Part shown: piece by piece, positions 12,407-25,498 of the stretch
How positions within the stretch are numbered: position 1 is the stretch's first letter
Layout of the letters: every line of letters starts with the position of its first letter
Source of the DNA: Macrostomum lignano
Taxonomy: Eukaryota
Direction: 5' to 3'
Assembly (NCBI GenBank): GCA_002269645.1
Contig: NIVC01001770.1
Coordinates: forward strand, 96,777-160,776
DNA length: 64,000 bases
The notes under the pieces: model-generated
What the model was told of the DNA's origin: nothing
Databases searched by the model: none
Seen by the model: only the letters and a program-made list of their open reading frames with translations
Translations under genes and position numbers: made by a program

Positions 12407-15400
12407 TCACTGCATCTCCATGGTGTTGCGCCTTTCCTTGCCTCCCGGATACTGCCAGCGCAGCACGCAGGGCACCGGGTACAGCATCAGGCCGCTGACG
12501 AGGACGCAGACTCCGCACACGATGAACGGAATGTCGAATGACAGAGTCCAATCGAATAGGAAACCTGCGAATGTTGTCAGTAAATGTGTTTTTCTGTTAA
12601 TTAAATTTTCTGTTAATTTTTTCTGTTTTCTGTTAATCAAGCAGAAGCAAGCAGAAGCAAGCAGAAGCAAGCAGAAGCAAGCAGAAGCAAGCAGAAGCAA
12701 GCAGAAGCAAGCAGAAGCAAGCAGAAGCAAGCAGAAGCAAGCAGAAGCAAGCAGAAGCAAGCAGAAGCAAGCAGAAGCAAGCAGAAGCAAGCAGAAGCAA
12801 GCAGAAGCAAGCAGAAGCAAGCAGAAGCAAGCAGAAGCAAGCAGAAGCAAGCAGAAGCAAGCAGAAGCAAGCAGAAGCAAGCAGAAGCAAGCAGAAGCAA
12901 GCAGAAGCAAGCAGAAGCAAGCAGAAGCAAGCAGAAGCAAGCAGAAGCAAGCAGAAGCAAGCAGAAGCAAGCAGAAGCAAGCAGAAGCAAGCAGAAGCAA
13001 GCAGAAGCAAGCAGAAGCAAGCAGAAGCAAGCAGAAGCAAGCAGAAGCAAGCAGAAGCAAGCAGAAGCAAGCAGAAGCAAGCAGAAGCAAGCAGAAGCAA
13101 GCAGAAGCAAGCAGAAGCAAGCAGAAGCAAGCAGAAGCAAGCAGAAGCAAGCAGAAGCAAGCAGAAGCAAGCAGAAGCAAGCAGAAGCAAGCAGAAGCAA
13201 GCAGAAGCAAGCAGAAGCAAGCAGAAGCAAGCAGAAGCAAGCCAAGGCATCATTAAACTTGCCAGCAATTGGCGGGCCGACCAGCACCCCGATGCCCTGG
13301 AACAGCAGCGTTAGTCCGAACGAGTCGCTCAACTTCTCCAAGCCGAGCAAATCCACCAGCACCGGTGACGTCAGAGTGACGTAAGTGCCTGCGCGGATGG
13401 AGAAGTTTAAGTTGAAATCGTTATTAAAGAGGATAGAAAAGCTGTATCACGTCATTGCATTCTAAAGTGAAAATAGAGGCAGGGGCTGTGTGCAACCTGG
13501 CGCACTTCAAGCGCCATTGTCACACAATCGGCGAGAGGCATTACTGCCCATTCCGCCGACTCCCCTGAGCAGGCACACACTCACACAGGAGTGTACAGCG
13601 GTCCTAACTTTATTTACCGTTAGGCATGTACACTTCACTGTGCCTTAGGGGGGTTGGCCCTCAAGGCCGTTAATTGCACGAGCAGAGCCAAGCCGAGATT
13701 CCAATTCAGCCCCAAATTAATGCGACTGCACTTGGAATCGAGCCTGGGTCGCTGGCACACCAGAGCGCCGCGCTAAACCACTGGGTATGATACACCCACC
13801 CACTGTAGTGTTTGTTACGTCCGTTAACTGCAGTTGTTAGTAGTTTGCGAAAGGTAGGTTACGACAGTTGTTAATGTAAACAAAATTTTTTATTTTGTTG
13901 TTGCATCTACGGTTCACTGACCAAAGATTGGGTTCGTTAAAGATTAAAATCAGTACTGCAGGTTCATTTTGTTCGTGCAGCGGTCTGGATTGTTTTGATA
14001 ATTAAATCACTTGATTTTTATGCTGGCAGTCTGCAAAGTTAAGCAAAATAGGCCGTGGTTAGTGCAGAGATGAATCTGTGGCCTCAAGCCCTCGATCTTA
14101 ATGGGATTACCAGGGATAAGCTCATTCTCTAAGCTCTTCTTCTTGGTCATTCAAGAGCTGTCTTAACTGGAATACCCATTCTGAAATGCTTCGATGCAAC
14201 ATCAGCAGCATACAAGCGCGCCAATGCTGTACGCAGGCACAGCACTCACACACACGCTCACACAGGGTGTACAGCGGCCCTGACTGTCTAATCGTCAGGC
14301 ATGTACACTCTCTGTGCCTTGGGGGCTGACACTCATGGTAGCGCACGGAATCGAACCAGAGGTCGCGGCACCGCTGAGCTGCTCCGCCCCAGGCACCCCA
14401 ACGCACCAATAAAGACGCCGAACAAAGCGCAGTAGGTGGCCATAAACCAGTAGGCGTCGGTCAGGAAGCTGAACACCAGCACGGTGCCAGCGATGGTCAG
14501 CGCCGAGTTGTACAGCATCAGCTTGTTCACCCATTTCCTGTCGGACAGAAAGCCGAAGGTCACCCGACCGACCATGTTGGAGATGCCGATGACGGACACC
14601 AACAGGGAGCTGAGCGTCTTCGAGATGCCGGCCTGCTGGGCGCGGTCGGGCACGAACAGGAACGGGGCGTTGAACCCGATGCTGCCCAGAAGGTTGGAGA
14701 TGAGGAACATCACGAAGGAGATGTCGCGCAGCAGCGACAGGTTCATCAGGCCGGCCAGCTCCTCTCGGATCATCTCGCGCAGCGACCTGCCTTCAGCGTC
14801 GGCTTTTACCGCTGTCGCCGTCTCGCCCGTCTCCTCGTCGCGCAGCGTCGCAATGCTGGTGATGCTGCGGATGAAGTGCACCGGCCGGGTCACGTGGGTC
14901 AGCTGGATTCCCTGCGCCGTCCCCGCCGCCATCTTTGGCTGCTCCTCCAGGTCGATGCTGCCGGAGCGGGGCACCATCCGCTGCCGCTGGGACATGTCCT
15001 GCATGGACAGAAAGTCGCCGTAGCCGCCTGACTTGCCGCCGCCGCCGCCGCCCCCTCGGATGGCGCGCATTCCTCGACCGGGCCGCCTGCCGTGCCCACC
15101 GGGGTTCAGCACGAGCTCCATCTCATCATGCCGATCCAGCAGCTTCTGCAGCTCGCGCCTGGAATCTCCCGTCTTCCCATCATTGGCGTGCGGCGGGAGC
15201 TCCGTCTTGAGGTCGCCGTTGTCGGCCTTCTTAGCGACGTCGGCTGCCTCTTCGCTGGCCACTGTTGACGGCTTACGCAGTGGCAGTTCCAGGAGCGGCA
15301 GCGGCCGGAACATCGAGCCGAATACGGCGCAGTGCAGCAGGATGGCGGACAGAATCAGCATAGCGCCCCGCCAGGTGTACGTCTCGATCAATAAGCTGAT

Positions 15401-17191
15401 GATCGGGCTGAAGATGAACGTGCCTGCGGGACGGGATAGGAATGGGAGGGGTGTAAAAGTGGGCCCGCCAACTCACTCCGCACCCACCTCACTCCGCACT
15501 CACCTCACTCGGCATTCACCTCACTCCGCATCCACCTCACTCCGCACCTACCTCACTCCGCACCCACCTCACTCCGCACCCACCTCGCTCCGCACCCACC
15601 TCACTCCGCACCCACCTCACTCCGCACCCACCTCACTCCGAACCCACGTCTTCACTCCGCACTCACCGAAACCAGAGCCACAGACGGCGATGCCGATGGC
15701 CGTAGAGCGCAGTGTCGTGAAATAGATGCCCACAGTGACAATCGTTGGCAAGTAGATGAGGCTCATGCCGAGTCCTGCAGCGGTGAGACGGTTACGTAAT
15801 TATCGTTAGAAATTGTAATCACACTAACAATGCCAGCCCGACAAGCCCGACAGACACAGACACGCTAGCATTAGACACAGACAGGCTAGCATTAGACACA
15901 GACACGCTAGCATTAGACACAGACACGCTAGCATTAGACACAGACACGCTATCATTAGACACAGACACGCTAGCATTAGACACAGACAGGCTAGCATTAG
16001 ACACAGACACGCTAGCATTAGACACAGACAGGCTAGCATTAGACACAGACACGCTAGCATTAGACACAGACAGGCTAGCATTAGACACAGACACGCTAGC
16101 ATTAGACACAGACACGCTATCATTAGACACAGACACGCTAGCATTAGACACAGACAGGCTAGCATTAGACACAGACACGCTAGCATTAGACACAGACACG
16201 CTAGCATTAGACACAGACACGCTATCATTAGACACAGACACGCTAGCATTAGACACAGACAGGCTAGCATTAGACACAGACACGCTAGCATTAGACACAG
16301 ACAGGCTAGCATTAGACACAGACACGCTAGCATTAGACACAGACAGGCTAGCATTAGACACAGACACGCTAGCATTAGACACAGACACGCTATCATTAGA
16401 CACAGACACGCTAGCATTAGACACAGACAGGCTAGCATTAGACACAGACACGCTAGCATTAGACACAGACACGCTAGCATTAGACACAGACACGCTAGCA
16501 TTAGACACAGACACGCTAGCATTAGACACAGACACGCTATCATTAGACACAGACACGCTAGCATTAGACACAGACAGGCTAGCATTAGACACAGACACGC
16601 TAGCATTAGACACAGACACGCTAGCATTAGACACAGACAGGCTAGCATTAGACACAGACACGCTAGCATTAGACAGACACGCTATCATTAGACACAGACA
16701 CGCTAGCATTAGACACAGACACGCTAGCATTAGACACAGACACGCTAGCATTAGACACAGACACGCTAGCATTAGACACAGACACGCTAGCATTAGACAC
16801 AGACACGCTAGCATTAGACAAACAGCCTGAGCACCAACTCACCAACCAAGCAGCCAATGGTAATCACCAGCATCCAGGCCTCGGTGGCAAAGTAGGACAC
16901 CGCGAACCCGATGCTGCCAATCACGGCTCCCGTCATGGCGACTGGCCGGTTGCCAAATTTGGTGCTGGCTACGCTGGCCACAGGCCCGGCGCCCAGGGTG
17001 ATGCCCACCATGATGGAGTTGATCCAGCCCGCCAGCTGTCTGGAAGTGTTCAGCTCCTCCACCAGCTCGGTGGTCAGCACGCCAAACGCGTACGTGATGC
17101 CATCGATGACCAGATGCACGCAGAAGGCCGACGCCACCACGACCCAGCCCCAGCCGCCGTTCGGTGATTGATAAACCCGACCTGAAGTCAT
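12407..17191 (-). CDS. Monocarboxylate transporter family (SLC16/MCT-like) MFS transporter, 5 coding exons, 585 aa
   Basis: Exons (minus) 17191-16843, 15774-15667, 15423-14407, 13388-13263, 12564-12407; all phase 1, total 1758 nt. Intron 4 is GC-AG (TG|GCAAGT). Motifs: SPNGGWGWVVV, KFGNRPV, GLGMSLIYLP, YFTTLRSTAIGIAVCGSGFG, YTWRGAMLIL, NLSLLRDISF, GRVTFGFLSD, DLLGLEKLSDSFG, GPPIAGFLFD. The ATG at 17191 could instead be internal to an acceptor (cag| at 17181) if an upstream exon exists. Confidence 0.93.
12637..13240. repeat. Perfect (GCAGAAGCAA)n array, about 60 copies, filling MCT intron 4
   Basis: No variant unit seen between 12641 and 13240. Confidence 0.98.
13545..13797 (-). mobile_element. 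tRNA-derived SINE-like element (family B), copy 1, in MCT intron 3
   Basis: Minus strand reads CCCAGTGGTTTAGCGC...GGCTCGATTCC (A- and B-box like). The body (CAGGCAC..CACTCACACA..GTGTACAGCGG..C..AGGCATGTACACT..CTGTGCCTT on +) is shared with 14215-14395. Confidence 0.6.
14215..14395 (-). mobile_element. tRNA-derived SINE-like element (family B), copy 2
   Basis: GGAATCGAACC on + (B box GGTTCGATTCC on -) at about 14347-14357; diverged body shared with copy 1. Confidence 0.55.
15470..15665. repeat. 16-bp minisatellite in MCT intron 2
   Basis: Unit ACTCCGCACCCACCTC; abuts the donor site at 15666. Confidence 0.92.
15850..16820. repeat. 21-bp minisatellite in MCT intron 1, about 46 copies
   Basis: Unit GACACAGACACGCTAGCATTA with periodic AGG/ATC variants. 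Confidence 0.97.
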
Positions 17192-17554
17192 TGCAGAGTC
17201 AATACGACAGTGTTGTCAGGCATGGAAATAGTTCTGCCTAATATTAGAGGCTGAAGATTACGTTTTGTTTAAAAAAACAGACAGTATCCAGTGCTTTCTA
17301 CTAATGCGATTTATATAACTGCTGCCCATGAAAGGAGGGCATGGACCGGCGCAGCGATTGGACGAGACTTATAATGGCCTGGCGTGAGGCCTGCGCCTGG
17401 CCTATGCCTAGATACAACTGAGTGGCGGCGCATTCATGCTAATTATTTATTAATGAGAAGCAATTCTAGCCACGCGTTGCAACCCTGATAGATTATTATT
17501 TTTATAGTCTGAATCTAGAAATTGATGCCATTTAGAATGTGCTATTCACAACGG

Positions 17555-18130
17555 AGCTACTCTCCCCTCCTGATGCTTCGTGGGGCGCCGCTACTCTCCC
17601 CTCCTGATGCTTCAGGGGGCGCCGCTACTCTCCCCTCCTGATGCTGCAGGGAGTGCCGCTACTCTCCCCTCCTGATGCTTCAGGGAGTGCTGCTTCTCTC
17701 CCCTCCTGATGCTGCAGGGGGCGCCGCTACTCTCCCCTCCTGATGCTTCAGGGAGTGCCGCTACTCTCCCCTCCTGATGCTTCAGGGAGTGCCGCTACTC
17801 TCCCCTCCTGCTGCTTCAGGGGGTGCCGCTACTCTCCCCTCCTGATGCTGCAGGGGGCGCTGCTACTCTCCCCTCCTGATGCTTCAGGGGGTGCCGCTAC
17901 TCTCCCCTCCTGATGCTTCAGGGGGCGCCGCTACTCTCCCCTCCTGATGCTTCAGGGAGTGCCGCTACTCTCCCCTCCTGATGCTTCAGGGGGCACCGCT
18001 ATTCTCCCCTTCTGATGCTTCGTGGGGCGCCGCTACTCTCCCCTCCTGATGCTTCAGGGAGTGCCGCTACTCTCCCCTCCTGATGCTTCAGGGGGTGCCG
18101 TTACTCTCCCTCCTGCTGCTTCAGGGGCGC
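17555..18130. repeat. 34-bp minisatellite with an internal hairpin, upstream of MCT
   Basis: Unit GCCGCTACTCTCCCCTCCTGATGCTTCAGGGAGT; CCTGA-tgct-TCAGG is an inverted pair. Confidence 0.95.
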
Positions 18131-18829
18131 CTCCTGAATCATCAGAAAATACTCTGTACCTGTGACCTCAAGAAAGGTGTATTTCTACTTTAATTTCACT
18201 GCCAAACTGGTTGCCACGGAGGACCACAATCTGATTTTACGGGGCTTCGATAAGTGATAAGATCTCAACACTTACACTACTGAGAACAAAGCTGCAAAAT
18301 ACTAACTGTTGTAAAAAAAACTAGAAAAATACTTCAGAATCTAGTTTAAAACAATGTTTTACGCAAGCCGGCTCAATCACCTGATCTGACAGCTTCTCTC
18401 TAGTCAAATCTTATCTATCCAGATTGTATATAAGTATAACAAAATGCTATTATGCCTTGTTTCAGCTGGACACCGTTTTTAACATTATATGTTGTATAAG
18501 GCCATTGATAAACCTTATCTATCACAGCTTACGCGATCGTATAAGGCCGGTGCTAGGCTGGGCTCCAATTGAGATAGGTAAATTCACACACCGCTGCACT
18601 CGGTAATATGAGTAATACCAGTGAGTAAGAGCGTGGGCGAGCAAATTCAAATTAACCGCTAAATTAATTGGAATGACCTCTTGTTTTACGCTTAAAAATT
18701 TTAAATTCAGGATTTTCTGGGTAATGTACTTTACTACCTACTTATAGTAATTAATTCGGGAAGTCAATCCGGATTTCAATTTTATGAGGTAACGTTTAGA
18801 TTATAAATATACTTTTTCAAGGCATATCT

Positions 18830-21800
18830 ACCATTTAAAGGCCCGCTACCCCTCTACCTTTTTAAAGGCACGCTACCCCTCTCTACCTTTTTAAAGGCCC
18901 GCTACCCCTCTCTACCTTTTTAAAGGCCCGCTACCCCTCTCTACCTTTTTAAAGGCCCGCTACCCCTCTTTACCTTTTAAAGGCCCGCTACCCCTCTCTA
19001 TATTTTAAATGCCCACTACCCCTCTCTACCTTTTAAATGCCCGCTACCCCTCTCTACCCTTTAAATGCCCACTACCCCTCTCTACCCTTTAAATGCCCGC
19101 TACCCCTTTCTACCTTTTAAATGCCCGCTACCCCTCTCTACCCTTTAAATGCCCGCTACCCCTCTCTACCTTTTAAATGCCCGCTACCCCTATCTACCTT
19201 TTTAAATGCCCGCTACCCCTCTTAACCCTTTAAATGCCCGCTCCCCCTCTCTACCCTTTAAATGCCCGCTACCCCTCTCTACCTTTTAAAGGCCCGCTCC
19301 CCCTCTCTACCCTTTAAATACCCGCTACGCCCTCTATCTTTTAAATGCCCGCTACCCCTATCTACCCTTTAAATGCCCGCTACCCCTCTCTACCTTTTAA
19401 AGGCCCGCTCCCCCTCTCTACCCTTTAAATACCCGCTACGCCCTCTATCTTTTAAATGCCCGCTCCCCCTCTCTACCCTTTAAATGCCCGCTACTCCTCT
19501 CTACCTTTTAAAGGCCCGCTCCCCCTCTCTACCCTTTAAATACCCGCTACGCCCTCTATCTTTTAAATGCCCGCTACCCCTATCTACCCTTTAAATGCCC
19601 GCTACCCCTCTCTACCTTTTAAAGGCCCGCTCCCCCTCTCTACCCTTTAAATACCCGCTACGCCCTCTATCTTTTAAATGCCCGCTACCCCTCTCTATCT
19701 TTTAAATGCCCGCTACCCCTCTCTATCTTTTAAATGCCCGCTACCCCTCTCTACCTTTTAAAGGCCCGCTCCCCCTCTCTACCCTTTAAATACCCGCTAC
19801 GCCCTCTATCTTTTAAATGCCCGCTCCCCCTCTCTACCCTTTAAATACCCGCTACGCCCTCTATCTTTTAAATGCCCGCTACCCCTCTCTACCCTTTAAA
19901 TACCCGCTACGCCCTCTATCTTTTAAATGCCCGCTCCCCCTCTCTACCCTTTAAATACCCGCTACCCCTCTCTATCTTTTTAAAGGCCCGCTACCCCTCT
20001 CTACCCTTTTAAAGGCCCGCTACCCCTCTTTACCTTTTAAATGCCCGCTACCCCTCTTTACCCTTTAAATGCCCGCTACCCCTCTTAACCCTTTAAATGC
20101 CCGCTACCCCTCTCTACCCTTAAATGCCCGCTACCCCTCTCTACCTTTTAAAGGCCCGCTCCCCCTCTCTACCCTTTAAATACCCGCTACGCCCTCTATC
20201 TTTTAAATGCCCGCTCCCCCTCTCTACCCTTTAAATGCCCGCTACCCCTCTCTACCTTTTAAAGGCCCGCTCCCCCTCTCTACCCTTTAAATACCCGCTA
20301 CGCCCTCTATCTTTTAAATGCCCGCTACCCCTATCTACCCTTTAAATGCCCGCTACCCCTCTCTACCTTTTAAAGGCCCGCTCCCCCTCTCTACCCTTTA
20401 AATACCCGCTACGCCCTCTATCTTTTAAATGCCCGCTCCCCCTCTCTACCCTTTAAATACCCGCTACCCCTCTATCTTTTAAATTCCCGCTACCCCTCTC
20501 TATCTTTTAAATGCCCGCTACCCCTCTCTATCTTTTAAATGCCCGCTACCCCTCTCTACCTTTTAAAGGCCCGCTCCCCCTCTCTACCCTTTAAATACCC
20601 GCTACGCCCTCTATCTTTTAAATGCCCGCTACCCCTCTCTACCCTTTAAATACCCGCTACGCCCTCTATCTTTTAAATGCCCGCTACCCCTCTCTACCCT
20701 TTAAATACCCGCTACGCCCTCTATCTTTTAAATGCCCGCTCCCCCTCTCTACCCTTTCAATACCCGCTACCCCTCTCTATCTTTTTAAAGGCCCGCTACC
20801 CCTCTCTACCCTTTTAAAGGCCCGCTACCCCTCTTTACTTTTTAAATGCCCGCTACCCCTCTTTACCCTTTAAATGCCCGCTACCCCTCTTAACCCTTTA
20901 AATGCCCGCTCCCCCTAACTACCCTTTAAATGCCCGCTACCCCTCTCTACCTTTTAAAGGCCCGCTCCCCCTCTCTACCCTTTAAATACCCGCTACGCCC
21001 TCTATCTTTTAAATGCCCGCTACCCCTATCTACCCTTTAAATGCCCGCTACCCCTCTCTACCTTTTAAAGGCCCGCTCCCCCTCTCTACCCTTTAAATAC
21101 CCGCTACGCCCTCTATCTTTTAAATGCCCGCTCCCCCTCTCTACCCTTTAAATGCCCGCTACTCCTCTCTACCTTTTAAAGGCCCGCTCCCCCTCTCTAC
21201 CCTTTAAATACCCGCTACGCCCTCTATCTTTTAAATGCATGCTACCCCTATCTACCCTTTAAATGCCCGCTACCCCTCTCTACCTTTTAAAGGCCCGCTC
21301 CCCCTCTCTACCCTTTAAATACCCGCTACGCCCTCTATCTTTTAAATGCCCGCTCCCCCTCTCTACCCTTTAAATACCCGCTACCCCTCTATCTTTTAAA
21401 TGCCCGCTACCCCTCTCTATCTTTTAAATGCCCGCTACCCCTCTCTATCTTTTAAATGCCCGCTACCCCTCTCTACCTTTTAAAGGCCCGCTCCCCCTCT
21501 CTACCCTTTAAATACCCGCTACGCCCTCTATCTTTTAAATGCCCGCTCCCCCTCTCTACCCTTTAAATACCCGCTACGCCCTCTATCTTTTAAATGCCCG
21601 CTACCCCTCTCTACCCTTTAAATACCCGCTACGCCCTCTATCTTTTAAATGCCCGCTCCCCCTCTCTACCCTTTAAATACCCGCTACGCCCTCTATCTTT
21701 TAAATGCCCGCTACCCCTCTCTACCCTTTAAATACCCGCTACGCCCTCTATCTTTTAAATGCCCGCTCCCCCTCTCTACCCTTTAAATAACCGCTACGCC

Positions 21801-21895
21801 CTCTATCTTTTAAATGCCCGCTACCCCTCTCTACCCTTTAAATACCCGCTACGCCCTCTATCTTTTAAATGCCCGCTACCCCTCTCTACCTTTTA
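18830..21895. repeat. 3.06-kb satellite of 27-28-bp units with higher-order structure
   Basis: Units such as AAATGCCCGCTACCCCTCTCTACCTTTT, AAAGGCCCGCTCCCCCTCTCTACCCTTT and AAATACCCGCTACGCCCTCTATCTTTT recur in ordered groups. Confidence 0.97.
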
Positions 21896-22416
21896 AAACT
21901 CAGCTATTTCCATCATTTCTTAAAAATTTTCAGTCACTAAAAAATTTGAATTTCCAAACTAATTTTTCGCCACAGTCTCTTTTACAACGTTTAACAAGGT
22001 GTCAACTTTCTAATAGTAGTTTTTTATCCCGCACCCCTCAAACAGAAAATCATGCTCGAACCAATTTCCTTCATTTTGCTTTTCTTCCTGAAAACTGCGC
22101 TCCGCTACGAAAAAAGGCGATTTCCTTTTTGTTAAAGACTGTCAGAAATAGGATACCGTCCATGGTGGGTGGGAATCGGGTGGCGGATTGGCGCAGGGAT
22201 CACGGATTGGCCGAGGGGTTCGGGATCTGTGTTGCTCCCTCCCCCTTTCCGCTAAGCCTATTGGACCCCGGTCAGCGGGGACACAGTGAAAGTTTTGCAA
22301 ATCCCAGCAGCTGGGGATCAGTATTTAGCAATCCCGATTCTGTTCCAACAGACCAGACAGAAAGCCTGAGATAAAAAGCAAAAACTAATTTTGTTCGCTG
22401 AGTTGCCCAAATTTCA

Positions 22417-25400
22417 ATGGAATCGTCGCCGCACGGGCCGCCGCCGCCGCCTTCGCCGACCTCCTCGGCCGCTGGTCCTGCCCACTCGGCCGCTCTCCGG
22501 GCGCCATTCATGGACCCGGCCCTGACCCGGTCCCTGGTGAAGCTGATGCAGCCGCCAATCTACCCGGTGACGGAGAAGGGCGCCAGGAAGCCAAAGTGCG
22601 CCCGCTGCCGCAACCACGGCATGGTCAGCTGGCTGAAGGGCCACAAGCGGCACTGCCGGTTCAAAGACTGCGCCTGCGCCAAGTGCAACCTCATCGCCGA
22701 GCGGCAGCGAGTCATGGCCGCCCAGGTGGCGCTGAAACGCCAGCAGAGCGCCGAGGACGCCGTCGCTATCGGGCTGCGCAGCTTCGCCGATGGCAGCGCG
22801 CCGGTGCTCTCCTCCGGCCCGCTGTGGGGTTCCGACTGCGTCAGCGAGCCCATGGACCAGCAGGCGGCCGCTCTGACGATGATGCAGCAGCAGCTGGAGG
22901 AGGCTGATGATGATGATGAGGGTGATAATGGTCAGGAAGCTGGAATCTGCGACGGCGGAGCTGATGAAGAGGCGGATGCAGCGGCGGCTTCGTCGGATGG
23001 AGGGCACGGTGAGTCGATGAGACGTGTCTACCGCACTCTATGCCCTGTTGTCTACCTTATAGTCTACCCCACAGTCTACCCCACTATACCTTATTTTCTA
23101 CCCGATTGTCTACCCCACTATACCTTATTGTCTACCCTATTGTCTACCCCACTCTATATCCTATTGTCTACCCTATTGTCTACCCCACTCTATATCCTAT
23201 TGTCTACCATACTGTCTACCCCACTGTCTACCCCACTGTCTACCCCACTGTCTACCCCACTGTCTACCCCACTGTCTACCCCACTGTCTACCCCACTGTC
23301 TACCCCACTGTCTACCCCACTGTCTACCCCACTGTCTACCCCACTGTCTATCCCACTGTCTACCCCACTGTCTACCCCACTGTCTACCCCACTGTCTACC
23401 CCACTGTCTACCCTACTGGCTACCCTATTGTCTAACCTATTGTCTGCCCCACTATGCACCCCACTGTGTACTTTATTATCTACCCTATTTTAGCCTACCG
23501 CACTGTCTACCTCGCGATCTAACCCCACTGTATACACCTAACTGACTACCCCCACTGGCTGTCTAGTCCACTTTCTACCCCACACTCTACCTTGCTGTAT
23601 ATCCAAGAGTCTACCCCACTATCTACCCCATGTCTACTTGCCTGCTCATACCTATTTTGCATCTTGAGCATCCCTTCAGAGTATTCTTTCAAAACTAAGA
23701 CAAGGGCCGCTAGCTAAACGATCCCAGCTTAAGCTCAAAGCCACCATGCAATCGAAGTCAGCTTCGTTTCCATGGCAACTGTCAACTGAGACAGCGCAGT
23801 GTTGAGCAAACACTCGATAGTTAAGAGACAATTGGATCTAATATTTGCCAAATCCGACAATAATATTCGAAATAAACGCACGTTGCCAACCCTAAAACTT
23901 TTCAAGAGTCAGCAGTTGAGATCTTTCATAGCTGACCCCGATAGGGAAATGTTATTGTAGATCGGGGAAAATATTGATTGATTTGACAGCTACACAAATT
24001 TATTTGACAAGCTTCGATAGAAAGTCTGACTCGAGATTGAAAATTTGTCTGTTTGCTTTTAACCCTTCTAACTGCTTCAAAATGTGCCCTATAATAAAAA
24101 GAAGATTTTTTACAAGCACAAGAAATCTCAGTTCAGCAAATTTCTTTCAAATTAGTCTTCTTTCAATTCTGGAAAACTGAAGGGAACGGCCGCTAAAACA
24201 CGTGTTTAACGAGCCCTGTTTAAACACTTGCCGTCCCTACTACATATCCTTTTTTAGGGTTGCCAAAGAATCTCAGTGTTTGTCTAGAGGGATCTTCTTA
24301 CTTGAAAAATAGACTTTCCTTCGGGGGCAGAAATTCATTTTCAGCTCTAAATGAGAGTTAAGATTGTTAAGATTGGCCTCGGTCTCAGTCAGGACACTTT
24401 TGGTTTTGGGAAAACTTCTGCAACGACAGATGCTTGCGGGTGTCGGGTTTCCCGCGGTTAGTCGGCAGAGAGAGGGCGGCTCTCATTTGTGTTTGCGCAA
24501 GTTGAGTCAAATTTTGAGTCAACTGGGTCCGCGATACAGCGACAAATGGAGACTAATAAAAATTCTACTAAATTCCTCAAAAAAATCCCAAATCTCAAGT
24601 CGGTTAAAATCCACCTTCAAGAAAAATCCTTCAGCACTTCAAAACTTCAAATTCTAAACAAAATTTCATCCATAGCCTGCAGACTCTGACAAAAATCTAT
24701 CTCTAACAGTTTCCAAATCCTTTCAGCATCCGAATTCCCAACTGAAATTCTCCATCAGACTATGAGACTGTTGGAATTAACTGCTGCCAAATCTACTGAT
24801 TGATTTTTCCAGAAAACAGCGGCGCCTCCAGTGTAGAAGAAGATACAAAGAAGCAAAGCCAGCAAAATCTGCAACACGCCGTCTCGTCGCCAACGCAGCG
24901 GCAGCAGCAGCAGCGGCAGACTGGCCCAACGGACTCAACATGGACAAGCGAAGAGTCCAACTGCATCACCGACAAAGTCGAGGAAGAGATCGAACCACCA
25001 ACCTCGTCTTCGCAACCGCCGCCGCCCCAGCCGAAGCCGCCGCAGGAGCATCAAGCGTCGGGCAGCGGCCGCAGGACTTCGGCAGGCAAGCCAGGCCGAT
25101 TGTCCTCTCTGCAAATCCTCGAGCGCCTGTTCCCCAGCCAGCGTCGCCAGGCGCTCGAGCTGGCCCTGCAGAACTACAGCGGCGACGCTGTCAAGGCCAT
25201 TGAGCACTTCCTGGCCGCTGACCCGGCATCGGCTTCCCGACTGTGGCCCGGCCAGCAGCAGCAGCCACCGCAGCAGCAGAGGCAGCCGACTCCGCCGCCG
25301 CTCCTGACTCCCTCATCGGCCATCGCTTCTCTCGCTGCCATCAGCCGCCAGTCGACTGCCTTCAACAGCCCGCTGCTGTCATCTGCCGGCTTCCCGCATC

Positions 25401-25467
25401 ATCCGACGCCGCACTTTCCGCACCACCTGCTGCTGCCGCCGCCGCCGCCGCATTCGCAGCCGCCTCC

Positions 25468-25498
<31 letters not shown>

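Noticed and set aside
12407-13362. Long ORFs such as (LLLASACFC)n and (KQKQAEASRS)n
   Set aside because: They are translations of a stop-free 10-bp repeat inside a spliced intron.
15819-16814. 331-aa and 281-aa repeat ORFs (SVSNA.., MLACLCL..)
   Set aside because: Artefacts of the 21-bp intronic array.
23009-23493. Read-through of DMRT exon 1 into a (LSTP)n tail
   Set aside because: A consensus donor at 23009 and a phase-matched exon 2 with the DMA domain explain the gene better.
23883-24270. TAGGGTTGCCA-type transposon ends at about 23885 and 24257
   Set aside because: They face outward from each other and I found no partner ends or TSDs.
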